In this document: one piece after another, positions 1 through 13,203 of the stretch
Layout of the letters: each line of letters starts with the position of its first letter
How positions within the stretch are numbered: position 1 is the stretch's first letter
Origin: Amphiscolops sp. MND2022
Lineage: Eukaryota
Direction: 5' to 3'
Length of the DNA: 64,000 nt
NCBI GenBank assembly: GCA_964187785.1
Contig: OZ076409.1
Location: forward strand, 7,938,001-8,002,000
Position numbers and translations under genes: made by a program
The notes under the pieces: generated by a model
Database searches by the model: none
Told to the model about the DNA's origin: nothing
The model's input: the letters and a program-made list of their open reading frames with translations, nothing else

Positions 1-273
1 TCTTCTGGAATGCTACCAGGGTCATTAACTAAAAAGTGACACGTGCAAATTTCATACCCGAAAATGAATTCGAATTTTTCACCTCTTGAATTTCCTGATA
101 GGAATCTTGACAAAAATTTCATTCTTTTCTATCGGTCCAAGATAATACAAGATCCTATCAAGGGTTTCAAGAGGTAACAGGAATTTGCAAATAAGCCCAA
201 GATCTTGGCAAGAGTTTCAAGATATTTTACACAGGGAAGGAATTCACTTTTTTACTAGAAATCTACTCAAAAC

Positions 274-389
274 ATGGGGTGTACTTCAAGTACAGAAGTT
301 GATCCGGCGCCCGCAATTTACGGACAAGAGAACCCGAACGAACCAAACGCGCCACAGCGCAACCAGAATGCCATGAAAAACTCTAAAAA
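274..389 (+). CDS. First coding exon of a small, probably N-myristoylated/palmitoylated protein (MGCTSSTEVDPAPAIYGQENPNEPNAPQRNQNAMKNSK)
   Basis: Acceptor-like TTTTTACTAG ends at 258, ATG at 274, MGCxxS lipidation motif, perfect GTAAGT donor at 390-395 (phase 2); GC-richer than its flanks. Confidence 0.65.
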
Positions 390-1693
390 GTAAGTAATGC
401 AAAGCAGAAACAAAATTTGACCTCTCTACCTCAGATTCAAACTCACTGACAAAATAGATCAGAAAAAAACTCAATAACTTCTTGATTTTGGACTTTTTTC
501 TGATTTTTAATTCAGAACGGTCAATCGTCATACTTGAAATCAAGTTCTAGGATCGAAAATTTTAACTTTTCAATTTCAACTTTTCAATTTTTTTGACATG
601 AGTCATATTTTCTGGTGCATCGATTATTGAATTTTCCAGCCGTTCTAAACTACCCTAGTTAAAAAAATTCACGCCTTTAGCAAAATTCTTACAAATAATT
701 TTGTGAGATCTTGTAAGAAGATGTATTATTTGACACTAACTCGTTCAAGATTCTTGTGAGATTTGCGAATTTTAGCTGAAAACGGTACAAAAAATGCATA
801 AATTTCACAAAACTTCTGCAAATTTTGCATGAGTCGATTTGAGGAAACTTTGAAAGAACCTTCGCTTTTAGCAACAAAATGACCGTTGAACAAAATGACT
901 GAAACAGCTGAGAAAAAAAAAGAAAAAGTTCATTTCTATTTGCATTGTAATTCAGTACAACAGTGTAGTTCTATGAACAACCAAAGCAGTTTCTGAGATG
1001 AAGCTACACTTTGCATTTATTCATTCGTAACTGTTTTAATTGTTTTGATCTGTTGATACGATTCTTGCCAAAACTTCTACGACGATTATGAAGTATTGCA
1101 AAATCTACCAAGTGCGTACCCACCCAATAGAAAAACATTCTCGTAGCCTGAAGAATGCTCAACAAGAATGTTTGGTGAAAAATACGGGATAAAATATGCA
1201 ACAAGTAGCCCCCCCCCAACGGAATAATTTGCCACGCAATCTCTTCTACTACTACACTATTTTGAAGCTCAAAAGTAGCCAATGCACTATGAAAATGCAT
1301 ACAAGTTTAGAGGAATGAAAGTTTTCACACTTTTTGATTCATCTTATCCCATTTTTGAAGAAAACACCTGACTTATGAACACACTACGTGGCGAATTGAT
1401 TAGTTGTTGAACTAAGTGAAAACCAGCACCTACCCTACCAAGTTCATGTACAAAAACTCACAAAAAATTCCAAAAAAGGAAAAATTTGATTATTTTGACA
1501 ATTTTGGGTCATTTTGAAGCGCTTTACAACAAAAAACTTACATATAGCTCTTCCACAATGCCTACTGGATAGCGGATTCGGTTGATGCTTGCTATTTACA
1601 CCACTAATCTACGAAATAGAACGAAATCTTTACAAAATATGCATGAAAACTTCAAACACTTTCGTATATTTTTAGGGGTATTAAAGTTTTGTA

Positions 1694-2347
1694 TAGTTGG
1701 CCGCAAAAAAAATGAGACTAGGAAAAATGCATATAAAATTTGAACTACTGAACGTATGAACTTAATAAATGTATGCTTTTGAAGATAAATAAATGGACTA
1801 CAAATAGATAGCTTTAAAGTCTAATTTGTTTTCCTTTTGAAGAAATAACTTCGTTTAAACGAACTGAAACTGAATCGATCAAATTGGACCTCATTTCAGA
1901 TGTCAAAATGTGTTGACTTTCTTCAATTTTTTCTCTCAATTGGGGAACAATTTTCGGGGTTTTCTTCTCAACTTCGTTCTTCAATATCTGCCAAACATTT
2001 TCAATAGGGGAAAGATCAGCAGAACTTGGTGGCCATTGCAAAAATTGAATATTGTTTTCAGACAACCAGTTTTTTGTTTTTGCTGACGTGTGTGGGGTGG
2101 CCCCGTCTTGTTGAAGTATCCATCCTTCTTCATATAACGCATCAGCGTAAGGCACGAATTCAGCTAAAATTTGACAGTACTTTTGGCTGTCTATTGTTGC
2201 TTTTCCGTCCAAAATTTTCAAATAAAATCCACGGTAAGAAAGCGCTCCCCAAACCATGATTTTTTGGTTCTCCCCTAAAATGTCTCCATGAGGTTTTACA
2301 AAGCGTTTTAAAACAGGTGGCCAGTCTCATTTTTTTGCGGCCAACTA
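1694..2347 (-). mobile_element. Internally deleted Tc1/mariner (DD34E) DNA transposon
   Basis: TIR TAGTTGGCCGCAAAAAAAATGAGACT from 1694 and its reverse complement at 2323-2347; TA at 1692-1693; encloses a transposase C-terminal fragment. Confidence 0.9.
1814..2257 (-). pseudogene. Tc1-like transposase, C-terminal catalytic half only
   Basis: MVWG, QQDGATPH, WPPSSADLSPIENVW; 34 residues between the second D and the E; the HTH and first catalytic D are missing. Confidence 0.92.
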
Positions 2348-3129
2348 AAACTTTTAGTTGCAATTCCAGTAAAAAATGCGTTTGTTTCTGCCAAAGCGCC
2401 TCCTGGAAAACGAATTCTTTCCTTGTTGAACGTTTGTAACATTCTAAGTCACGTAGTCTGTCGAAAATTTCACGAAAATTCCAAAAACAAACGTTAGAAA
2501 TTGGAAAAGTTAGCTACTTTTGTCCTTTTTGGGGTCATTTTCAGGTCATTCTGGGGTTTTTCGGTTCAACCAAAAAAATCCAAAAACCTCTGCAAATACA
2601 TATCACATGAAGCTAAATTTGAAATGTGAAATATTAGCGGAAAATAATAAAAACGTTAACTTTTCAAGTAAAACCAAAACTAGGCAGTAATAGTTAATCA
2701 CAAGTCTTCAGTTTCTTCCTTTACAACATCAATCATTTCAAAGGCTGACCTGATGGTTCCATGTAGCATTAGTTTAAAGGTCTAGTAATCAGCTTATACT
2801 AATTTGATTTGATTTTAGTCGGCGTTTTAAGAAAAAAAGCAAGACTCCCACAATGGCTGATTTTTTTTCAGTGGCTCTTGTCCGTCCATTTTTACGGAGA
2901 ACAGATGGAGCGCAAATGTTACTCATACGGAAAAGAACGTTTGACCTAGCCAGCTTACTATATTCCAATTTTTAACGTTATATCCGAAGTAAATACTTTT
3001 TGGTTTTTGTTAACTCTGTGCTACGAATACAGTTTTATCGCATACTTATGGCTCACTGGCTTTTTCTAGATAACGATTGATTTTCAGTTTTTATTCATTT
3101 CAAACTCCAAATTCATTCGCAAAACAGTG

Positions 3130-3479
3130 TGTCATCAGTGATGTCCGAGCGGTAACTTATCATGTTCAGAGGAATAGTATTTGGATTGTTTTGTTATTTG
3201 AAGACTTTTAAATTGTTAATAACTTCAGTTTTGTTGTTGGGTCACCTTTCCTGAACTCAGAAAATACAAGTTCTTTATCAGAAAGTTTTGTTAAAGGTGA
3301 AGAGAGTTAGAACAATGTTTATCGTACAATTACTCAAGTTAATTGTCATCAAATATATCAGGTTCTTTATCATCGGCTGCAAATCGTTCTCTGTTCGTCT
3401 TCTGATTGGTCAGACTTTTGATTGGCTGGACTCTGTCTATAACGAAGTTTTGTAAAACTTTCATGATGAAGTCATGACA
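3130..3479 (-). repeat. 3' LTR of the env-bearing element
   Basis: Aligns end to end with 8592-8937, roughly 10% mismatch by eye. Confidence 0.9.
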
Positions 3480-4215
3480 CTCCCAACTTTTGAAGAAAGG
3501 GAGAGTCGCCCGGTAGATATCGTTTCAGGAGAGACGATGCAGCAACATGAAACAAGATAAATGATGATGAACTCGAGAGAAATCAAGTAGAGTCAACACA
3601 AATGCCCCAAAAAAAGAAAGAGAGGGAAAATACATATGAAATAGCGGTGGGAAGCCACTAAAGAAAGAAGAAAAAAGAAGAAATGCGAAAGTGCATGAGA
3701 AAGTTATATGATCGGAAACGGTGATAGATAAACTTAAAGAGGCCCAAAAATAAGCATAGTGGGCTAACGGTGAGTCAATATTTACAAGAAAGAGGTGATT
3801 ACGGGGCCTATTATTTGTAAGTAAATTAGTGCAGCGGCTGTTAACAAAGTAACAGGAAAGGCACGTGCCAAAGTGTGGCTATTGGGTCGCTGATGTCAAC
3901 AAGAGAGTCAACAAAGTGTTGGCTAACGTGGACAGTGAAGTGATGGTCCTTATCGTATTAGTGATGAGCAAATAAAAGACCGGAAGAAGAATAAATTGAA
4001 GCCAGAGAAATTTTATTGATTATGTACGGTGTATATACTGTGAAAGTATACAAGATGCAAATATAAATAAAGGCAAAGAACAGAGAGAACAGGAAATGGG
4101 GGTCAAGATGAACACTGGGAGGTACAATGTTCGAAAAGGAAGATGGGAAGATACTTTTGTTGAGAAGCGCTGGATATTTGCGAAGCAGAAGAAACAAAGC
4201 GTATGTGGATAACAG

Positions 4216-4300
4216 TTGAATGATAAACTGATAAGAATGACTGTCGATTTGAAAGGTCTGTATACAAATATACCAATCAAATCAGCTTTGGAGAGAGCAA
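4216..4300 (+). pseudogene. Short Penelope-like reverse transcriptase fragment
   Basis: MTVDLKGLYTNIPIKSALE matches the D-x-x-x-LYTNIP motif typical of Penelope-like RTs; no other RT motifs found nearby. Confidence 0.45.
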
Positions 4301-4676
4301 AAATTGATTATTCGATACCGGATCTTGGGGGAAGGAGTATTCAGACTCCTAACGACAATGATATACACTTTATTCACAAAGACAACCCTGGTGTTTTGAA
4401 CAAAGAAAATGATACAACAAATAATAAAGGGAAGGGGCAAGAAAAGAGACTTAAAATTCAAGGCACTGTGATGGAATAATAACACAGCACTTTAATCAGA
4501 TGTCTGTCAAGAAAAGAAATTTTGTCGAAGATGTTAGAAGTTGATTGGAAAGCAGTCAACTACTAAAAAGAACAGAGCGGACATTAGTTACTACTGCAGT
4601 AACAGTGGAAACGATATGAAATAGCGTACAAGAGGCACACTCTGTTCTATGGTCCTAAAAAGGAGGGAAAGTGGCT

Positions 4677-7188
4677 TTAAAAGAAAAAGTCCAAGAATTT
4701 ACACAGAGAGAATCTCCGTATAGTGTTGGGTTTCACGGAGGGATTATGTGTGGCTATTCGACATTTATTACGCCAACGAAATTTAGGGTCAGCCCTTATC
4801 GCTTCAATATGGTCAGAAGGGACCGAAATGGCGGGGTGGAGAGGAACTTTTATCTTTTCGTCCTTAGTGTTCAAAGTATGTTTAGAAGGCTTAAATTTGT
4901 GCACTTTGTGATACCGATGGAATATATACATGAATGGTAAATGTAATAGCTTCGAAATTGAAAAACTTGCGAGTCCCGTTATTAGAGTTGTTTTAATTGT
5001 AGGGATATTACTGAACTCGCGTTTAAGAGCGTTTTTCGTCTTTCATTTCCAGGGCAATGGGTTGAGCCAATGTCCGAAGAGCGTCAGGTGGTTGTAGGGG
5101 TTACATGTCAGAATATCCTAAGTCATAATAACCAATGCCATAATAGCCAATGCCAAAATATCCAACGTGACAAAATAGCCAATGCCAAATAGCCAACGTG
5201 ACATAATAGCCAATGTTATAGTGTCACTTTGGCTGTTTTGGTATTGGCTTATTTGGCATTGGCTATTTTGGCATTGGCTATTTTGGCATATTGGATATTA
5301 TGGCATTGGCTATTTTGACCTTGGCTATTTTGACTTTAGTTATTTTGTCCTACCACTGGTTGTAGGGCCGTGGGAGAGATGTATTTCATTTCATGCTTCA
5401 ATGAACGTAGAAGGTCCAGAATGGCTAAAGATTTCGTATTGTATGAGGGTAGTTCATTGAGAGACGGAAGATTACTAAGGACGTCCAACGAGGGAATTGG
5501 AAGATCAACATGAATATTGATGGACGGGACCTTCGAACAAGATTGAAGATCTGAACGAATGAATATTTTACGGCCTCGAAGTTGGTGTCCATACGGTAAA
5601 GTATGTATACAAGTTCTGCAACTAGGGTACACTTTGGCGGATAGATGAGACGTGTCATTGGCCATTGACTCTCGGAGTTCAAAGTCGGCAGTGGCTGAGA
5701 GAATCAGCCAGATTCCAAAGCGCAAATGGACAGCGCGTTCCACAACGGGAAGTTTGTAAGGGATGAAGTCGCAAACCTTCATTGATTGGACCAGATTGCG
5801 TAAGAAGATCAAAGAGAGGCAAGAGGAACCCAGGCCTTCCGTTGCTCAACTCGGTTGGCAGATGCTGTATCGGGATGATCCAATACAGGACGCAAGATCG
5901 TGACGGGTAACACTGGCTGTTTCACGGCCATCCTCGGAAACTGCCTAAAAGTCAGCTTCGAGCGACCAAATCATGGCATAAGAGTCATCAAGTTGAGGCA
6001 TGGGAATCGGAATAGCCTCAAATGTGTCGAGAACAGTTTGACGTGATGCGAGAGGAATGGACATCTTGACCAGAAGACCATCAGGAAGTGCTACTAAATC
6101 CAGGAGAAGACGGGCTTCGTAATGAGAAAGGGTCTTTTGATAGGGAATGGCCCGAGTCAGTCGATTCTTGGCCCTGTTTTGGATGTCCTGAACCCCATTA
6201 AGTACTAATTCCAAAGAGGTACGATCCATTAGAGAGATCGGAACATACTTGTCAAGGAGAGCTGGAATACTGTTAAGGAGGTTTCAACGATATGCAAAAA
6301 GAGCTGACCGGTAGGATTTGTGTTGGAGTAGAAGAGAGAGAGAGAGAGCAACGAGGCAACTGTATCAAAAATAAAATTCATCTGCTGTCTAGTGAAGAGC
6401 AACTGATCTCAATTGCGCATCTCGTGGATATCGCGACAAAAGGTATCAAGTTGTTGAGAGATTGTATGCCAGTTAGCATTCTGTACTTCGGTCATCTGAG
6501 CTTGAAGGTCACGAATTGCCTTCAACTCCTGTCCCACAATGAGAACTTTTTCGTTGGTAGCCGACTTCAGATGTTGTAATTTAGTGGCCAAGTTCTCGGC
6601 CATGTGAAACATGCGGTTGATTGCATTCGCAATTTCCTTTGATTGACAGGTGCCAAAAATTCCGAGCAATCCACAGTCATCACTTCCCATGGCAATTCCA
6701 GTGCCAAAGAGTCCAATAGCTCCAACAGCGACAGCTGCTAGAGGAATAGCACGAAGAGGGCAATCATGTTGAGGAGGAGGCAAAAGATGATGCAAGAATG
6801 AGGCAATTTCCAACTGCAGAGTATTCAAGGCAATTTCTGCTAGGTGTATTTCATTTTGGACTTCCGTGAGGAGCCAATTTCCGTGGAATCCGTCCATAGA
6901 AACATTAGTGAAATTCAAGTAACAATGAAAGGTTGGCATGTCCTACATTGTTGCCAAGAGAGACAAGAGATGGTCAAGATTAGATTTGATGTATACTGCG
7001 AATTTGGGAAATGGAAGCAGAAACTCTACATTGACAAATTTTTGAGCAAATAAGATCTTCTTGTTTTCATGGAAAATTATCCCCTTCTTTAGTGGACCAT
7101 CAGAATCAACAAATGCAGAGATAGAAGACTGAGAATTTCCCGAAAATGGAAGAAAAAGAATTAGTCAAATTCAAGTCGCTTTTAACAT
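4677..7188 (-). pseudogene. env: Frameshifted env-like class I (F-type) fusion glycoprotein
   Basis: Pieces in order: signal-like LILFLPFSGNS, GIIFHENKKILF, degenerate cleavage site followed by hydrophobic fusion peptide (PLR/AIPLAAVAVGAIGLFGTGIAMG), heptad helix, Cys-rich region (5336-5812), hydrophobic segment and basic tail (4677-4931). Interrupted by stops, frameshifts and a foldback insertion. Confidence 0.8.
5098..5356. mobile_element. Foldback/Mutator-like MITE inserted in env
   Basis: Left arm of ATAGCCAATGCC units, right arm of the inverse TTGGCATTGGCTAT units; TGGTTGTAG duplicated at 5089-5097 and 5357-5365. Confidence 0.8.
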
Positions 7189-7966
7189 TTCGGTGTTGAA
7201 CTTAAGAAAGTTGTTGAATATCAAAGTTTATTGTATTTTTGAATGGATTGAATTAATTGAGATTTGGTATTTATCCTTTTATGGAAGCGCAAAGTGGCGT
7301 GTTTGTTAGCATGAATGAGAAGGAGTTCCTTATTGTAGTGGCGAATACCATCGGACGTGATCATGTAAATAAGGAATGTGGTCTTTGAACCACGGTATTT
7401 AAACCGGATGTGGCGTGTTTCATATGTGAACAAACAAAACAAAAGGAGTTCGAATATCATATTGGTGCGGTTGAAAGTAGTCAAAAATCAATTTTTCGAG
7501 CTAGAGAATAGTATGTTCTGCTATTTAGTCGTCATTGTTCCTGATCGGAGTTTTACTGCCTAACAAATCGAAGTGGTTCAAACTTAGACCGTTCGTAGGT
7601 TTTTCAGAAAGTCTAAAGTGATTGTATGGCGGCCAAATTTGTCGATTTTGTTTTGTGCTGTTGCCGCGAGGGCATGTATGTGGAGAGAGAAGGCCAGCTG
7701 CTCTCATTTAGTCCTTTAGTCAACCAGTTTAGAAGTGCAATTGCGTTTGTGAAGAATGAAATTTAGTCCAGAGGGTATAGGAGTTCATTCCCGCGACTAC
7801 TCAGTAAACTGCTTCACAATCCTGAAAACATAAAAGTTTTTCAAAATAACACATTGACATGTCTCCAAATTACATAAAATCTTGAAAACAACTCCCATAC
7901 TCTCTGAACTAAAATTCATAGTTCACAAACGCAATTGCACTTCTAAATTGGTTTATACACTAAAAT

Positions 7967-8573
7967 ATAGCCGCAATTCAACCTTTCGTAAACCTACAGC
8001 CTTTTAAAGGCACAGAAAAAGAAGATATAAACGAATTTTTGCAACAACTCGAAAGTTTTATTCAAGTTGCTGGTGTACCTGATGCAGTTAGACACAGATA
8101 CCTTCACCTTCATTTAAAAGGAGGTGCTCTCACCTTCTTTGATCAACAAGAAGCAGCCATTCGAGAAAATTATGATCAGGCAGTAGCAGCGCTACGTACC
8201 AGACACCAGAATGATCAACGTATCCAACTACAAAAATACTGTTCAGTGCAAGAAAACTGAAACCGTCCGAAAAAAGTGCAAATGACTTTCTTACCGAATT
8301 GCAGAGATTGGCACTTGAAGCCTACCCGAATGTTGCAGCTCGTGCAGCAGCAGGCGGTAGACCTGCAATACTAGCGGAAGACCGTGCTCAAGAACGGAAC
8401 AGACGAGTACGAGAAGCCAAAGCGTCCAGCAGAATGATAGTAGATCGCCTATACCCCGAAGATGACGACACAGCATTCAACGAGGTCAGTACATTTTCAA
8501 CGAAAGAACTTCTCACTGGTATCCAGGAACTATCGAAAGCCCAAACCACGTTAAAAGAAGAGACATGCAAACT
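7967..8573 (+). pseudogene. gag: Gypsy-type gag (capsid) fragment, antisense to the host LTR element
   Basis: VNLQPFKGTEKEDINEFLQQLESFIQVAGV...YLHLHLKGGALTFFD...LQRLALEAYP is capsid-like; frameshifted near 8235; ends abruptly at the PBS. Confidence 0.75.
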
Positions 8574-8591
8574 ATCCCACTCCTGTCACCA
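8574..8591 (-). other. Primer-binding site, tRNA-Leu-like
   Basis: Minus strand TGGTGACAGGAGTGGGAT directly follows the 5' LTR; the plus strand reads ATCCCACTCCTGTCACCA, resembling a tRNA-Leu 3' end with CCA. Confidence 0.8.
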
Positions 8592-8937
8592 TGTCATCAG
8601 TGATGTCCAAGCGTTAACTTATCATTTTTAGAAGAATTGTATTTGGATTATTTTGTGAAGACTTTTGAATTGTTATTAACTTCAGATTTCTTGTTGGGTC
8701 ACCTTTCCTCAACTCAGAAAATACAAGTTCCTCATCAGAAAGTTTTGTTAAAGGTATAGAGAGTTAGAACAATCTTTATCGTACAGTTACTCAAGTTAAA
8801 TGTCATCAATTATATCAGGTTCTTTATCATCAGCTGCAACTCGTGCTCTGTTCGTCTTCTGAATGGTCCAGACTTCTGATTGATTGGACTCTGTCTGTAA
8901 CGAAATTTTGTAAATCTTTCATGATGAAGTCGTGACA
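8592..8937 (-). repeat. 5' LTR of the env-bearing element
   Basis: TGTCA...TGACA ends, adjacent PBS and CAGTG TSD. Confidence 0.9.
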
Positions 8938-11900
8938 CAGTGCAGTTGAAGTTTCAATCTTTCAATTTCCTGGAACAGTAACAGTTAAGCTGTGCATTTG
9001 AACTGTTTTCTAATAACTTGATTCATCCCGAAAAATGGAAAAAAAATTTAAATCACCGGCCTTTTTTAAGTTTCCATTTCCAATTTTATCCCCCAAGTAA
9101 CTGAGGTTCTTACTCAGAGTTCAATTGCACCAGAACTCCAAGTTTTATAAATGGTATATATACTTCTCCAAAAAAGCGAAAACTGCCATAATAATGTCAT
9201 TTTTTGACCATTGTACGTAATTTGTCTTCATTTTTTGCATGTTTTCGTGAACTTGAATATAAAACGTTCGTTTAAAATGAATCATTACTAAGGCTGCTGG
9301 TTTTTAGGTTTTTTGCAGAAGAAACACGAGAACCAAACCAATAGTTTCATCAACTTTCCTTCTCTTAACACAATTTGCGTCAAACTTCTGAAAGTTTGGT
9401 AAATATGACTTCGACAGAATTCGAAATTATTCCATTCAGTTTCCTACTAAAATTTTTGAAAAACAAACAAAAGGTTGGACTGGGAAAGTGCTGAAAAACA
9501 TGAAAGTGGCAATACATTTCAAATTTTCACAGGTTCATGCACGGTTGAACAATTTGTTTATGATGATGTGGTTATGAAGATTAGGACATTTGAAAAGCCA
9601 ATTTTTTTCACATTTGAACGAATTTCCACTTTTTTGTTCATAAGTAAAGAGCGTCAACCCATGAACTGTTGGAGTTGAAAAAGGTTTTTGAGAGAAAACG
9701 CACTTCGCTGGGGAAAATGTTCCAACTGCAAGAAATCAGGCGTTTGTGAATTTGAGCAAGTAACTTCGAAGTCCTTTCGCTTGACCACTTGGCTACAAAT
9801 TTTGGTACCGTTGCTTGCTATGGAGAGTTAATATCCGCAAAAGGCACCAAGTTCGGAGAGCAGAACTGCGTATAGCCTTGCAGAATTTGTAAATTGAACT
9901 TTTTTGCTTTTGCAACTATCTACTTATTAATGCAACTGGTTTACATTTTATGGGTTTTTGAGGCAAATAGTGTCAGAATAGAGTTTTGCAGACATAAACA
10001 ACAAGCAATTAGCAAAGTAACATACCCATGTGAGAAACATGGTTTTTATGAAGGAAAATTTTCATACCATTTCTCGTTTTTCGACCATTTGTTTCAAAAC
10101 TGTACTTTTTGGATGTTTCTTGCGTACTTTTCAAAATTAAATTAAACTGAGCTATTTAGCATCCTCTTGTATAGGGGAACTATGCTTTTTTAAACTTCCA
10201 TGTTTTTCCTGCAAAATCGCAGTTATTTGGCGGTTTGCAAAATTGAGACAGAATATGTTTTAGCTAATTACATGAAGGAAAATATGCAGCTGCTTAGATT
10301 TGATACAGTCTTGGGAATGAAAAGAAGAAAAGCAATACACTTTTAGGAATTTCTCTGTATAATTATTATTATGTGTTATATAGTTCTAAATGCTTATTTT
10401 CGTTCTGTATGAATCGATGTACGAGTATATCAAATTACGACGATTAGAATTTTTGCGTCGATTTCTTGAAATTTGCCAATTCAATGAAAATTTCCAATTA
10501 GTTTGATGTTTCCCGCAGTCTCAAAACCAACGGATTTCACCAGCCTGATAAAATCTTCAGTAATTGGAATCTTTAGCGTTTAGCGTTCATGATTTCAATG
10601 GAAGGAAAAATATGTACTCCAAAACAACTGTTTTACTTCAAAGCTTTTTGTCTGTGGAATTTCGCATCCGTGACTTTGAACCGGGTGTGTCTAGTCCGAG
10701 CAGTACGCAGTACTTCCTCTGTGAACTTTTATGGAAACAGAAGTAAAGAAAAAGGAAAATTTCAAAAGTTGGTTTTAAAAATCGCATATGCCAAGCTTTT
10801 TGTTGAAGACGCTGAGAAGTACTTCATGTTACTTTCATGCATACAATGCTAATTATTTACAGAACATGCAAACCTCCAGAAGTTGGAAAAACCTCCTATT
10901 TGGAAAAACTTTAACTGGCTCCAATGCAGAATCATGTGTTTTAATCAAATCTGAAAAACGTTCTACTACCTCAACGTCGCAATCACTTTCTTTTCACTCC
11001 AGTTTCTCAAGTTTTCGACATTCAATGGTGTATGAAAAAAACTGAACATCAATTTGCAAAAAAAAAGAATTGGACCAAAACAAAACATCTCTGAATCCTG
11101 CTTTAATGCAGATTAATTGAGAATGAAATGAGCAATTATTTTACAGTTTTGTTTGTTGAGCACTTGAAATGTACGTTCGCAAATGATGAGAACATTTTTA
11201 CATTTCATTTTTCATTGTTGTATTTACTCCTGAATTGGCCTGTCAATTTTGTAACAACTGGCATCTAATTCGTAATTTTTGTTCATTTGACATGTTTTCA
11301 TGGAGACTTCAAAGTGTCTGCATCAAGATGCATCAACTGTATTGTATATTTCCCGATAATGGGATTGCTTTCTCTTATTTCATTTCATTTATCATCTGAG
11401 CACGTGAGACACGGTTATTTGCCGCGGAGATGGGATTCCGTTTTCGTTGTTAGAGTTGTTTCAACAGAATTAGCTTATTGAGGAGAGGTTATCGATCATC
11501 TCAAACTTTCAGTTTGTCTTTCCAGTTCCGAAAATTTATAAGATGAAAAAGGAATTCATCTAAAGAAAAATTACAACGACACTCAATGTTTTGGCATTGA
11601 CTGGACGATAAAACGAATAAGAACTAAGCTATCCTCAGAAGAAGAATCACCTGATTCTGAAACTGGTGAAACTTCGTGGCTTACAATTGCCGTCAAGTGG
11701 AGGAGACACCTTTTAGGTAGCTTGATGAAAGTCAACGAAAACAATCTAAATTTTACTGATGGAACGTTACGTGAGAGTTTTTCGAGCATTTTCAATCAGA
11801 ATTTACGTTCACAAAAATACTTACTCTAAAATATAACGTTTTATGTGAAAACAATGTGTGTGGTATTCTTTCGAAGTTTTTTCCTTGAAATTGTCACTAT

Positions 11901-13203
11901 TTGCCCTTTGTTTATTCATATTATAGAGTCAAATTTCCACAGAATTCAAATGACGTTAAATTCGGTTCATAGCAAATGTATTTCTAGAGATGTTTGATTT
12001 TTTTTGGAAAATAGCAAATTGATGACAAAATGTCGAAAACTCCAAGATTTTGGCTATTTTTGATTGCTTTCAGGTATTTTTTGTAGTTTGTAAACGTTTC
12101 TAGTTTGCGCTTTGACTAGAATAAAATTTTCATAAAATTTATATGGTTTTTTGCCCTTGCGGTTAACGCATATATTCAGCGGGAGTTCGTGGGTTCGATT
12201 CTCGCACTAAACCAAACTTTTTATAATTGCACTGCAAAGATAGAGGAAAGACCAAGGGATCCTTTTTTGTTTTCTTGGGCAATATGTGCCTTTTCAATTA
12301 TATTTTTTCCGAAGCCCCCTTCGATTTTTAACAAACAGAAAGCGTTTTGTGAGCAAAGAGGGCTGATTAAATGTTTTTCGGCACTAAACAAGGTATCTTT
12401 GGGAAAAAATAATGCAAATTCTTTCTCGACACAATTTTTGATTTTCCGAGCCATAAGATGACCTCTTTTTTAAAACATCTGTGGAAGTGACCTTCGGTTT
12501 GTTTTTCGAAGTGATTCTCTCGGTCAAACGGCAGAGAAAAAAGTTTAAAATCATGGCCTTATTCGCCAGGTTGAGATATAATAAGGTGATCTGCTTTTCA
12601 AAAACGGCGTTTTTCCGTATACTAACAACCCATATATATATTTTTGCTTATTGATTGTAATTCTTTGACGAAAAACTATTGGGTTGTCATACAAAAGTGA
12701 ACTTGGTGGCTAATGTTTGTGTTATCGAGCATCGTGGATATTCATATCCTCAAATACGTTCAAGGGTTTCACGAAAAAGGGCATAATTCTGTCAAAAAAC
12801 GCTGGTTTTCTTATTTCGAAAAGTGTTTTGAAACATTTTTGTCATCAAACGCTGTGATTGCGCATAGGAAGCAAACATTTCCAAAGTAGAAATTTTCTCT
12901 TCTCTTCGTTTGAACTTGGAAAAGATTCGTTTTTTCTGTGGATGTCCAATTTTTTCGATTCAAGAGCTTAACAAAAAATGTCTGAAACTGATCGAAAACT
13001 TTGTGGGATTTATGAGGCGCCTTTTCAACAAACAACTTGTTTAGGGTCAACAAAATTTTAGGGTCATTTTGGTAATTTTGGTAAACATGCAAAAAAAGAA
13101 GATGCCCGCATGATGCCTGCATCAGCTTTGAACCAGCATCCTCTAAAAAGCCATGGTAACCACTGCGCTCCTAGGAAATGAACAAACGTTGCTGGATTAT
13201 ATC

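Larger units (their letters stand above)
3130..8937 (-). mobile_element. Non-autonomous env-bearing LTR retroelement lacking pol
   Basis: Two ~350-bp direct repeats with TGTCA...TGACA ends (3130-3479, 8592-8937); exact 5-bp TSD CAGTG at 3125-3129 and 8938-8942; PBS next to the right LTR and a purine-rich stretch next to the left LTR, both on the minus strand. Confidence 0.9.

Noticed and set aside
5182..5460. Trp-rich ORF (WHWLF repeats)
   Set aside because: Translation of MITE tandem units.
7722..7953. Independent MITE
   Set aside because: The inverted repeat extends to ~64 bp, lacks a TSD and matches the gag leader; treated as part of the inversion.
12160..12215. Possible tRNA genes here and at ~20460, ~50200, ~52805
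   Set aside because: Only B-box/T-arm-like motifs; I could not fold an acceptor stem or full cloverleaf.
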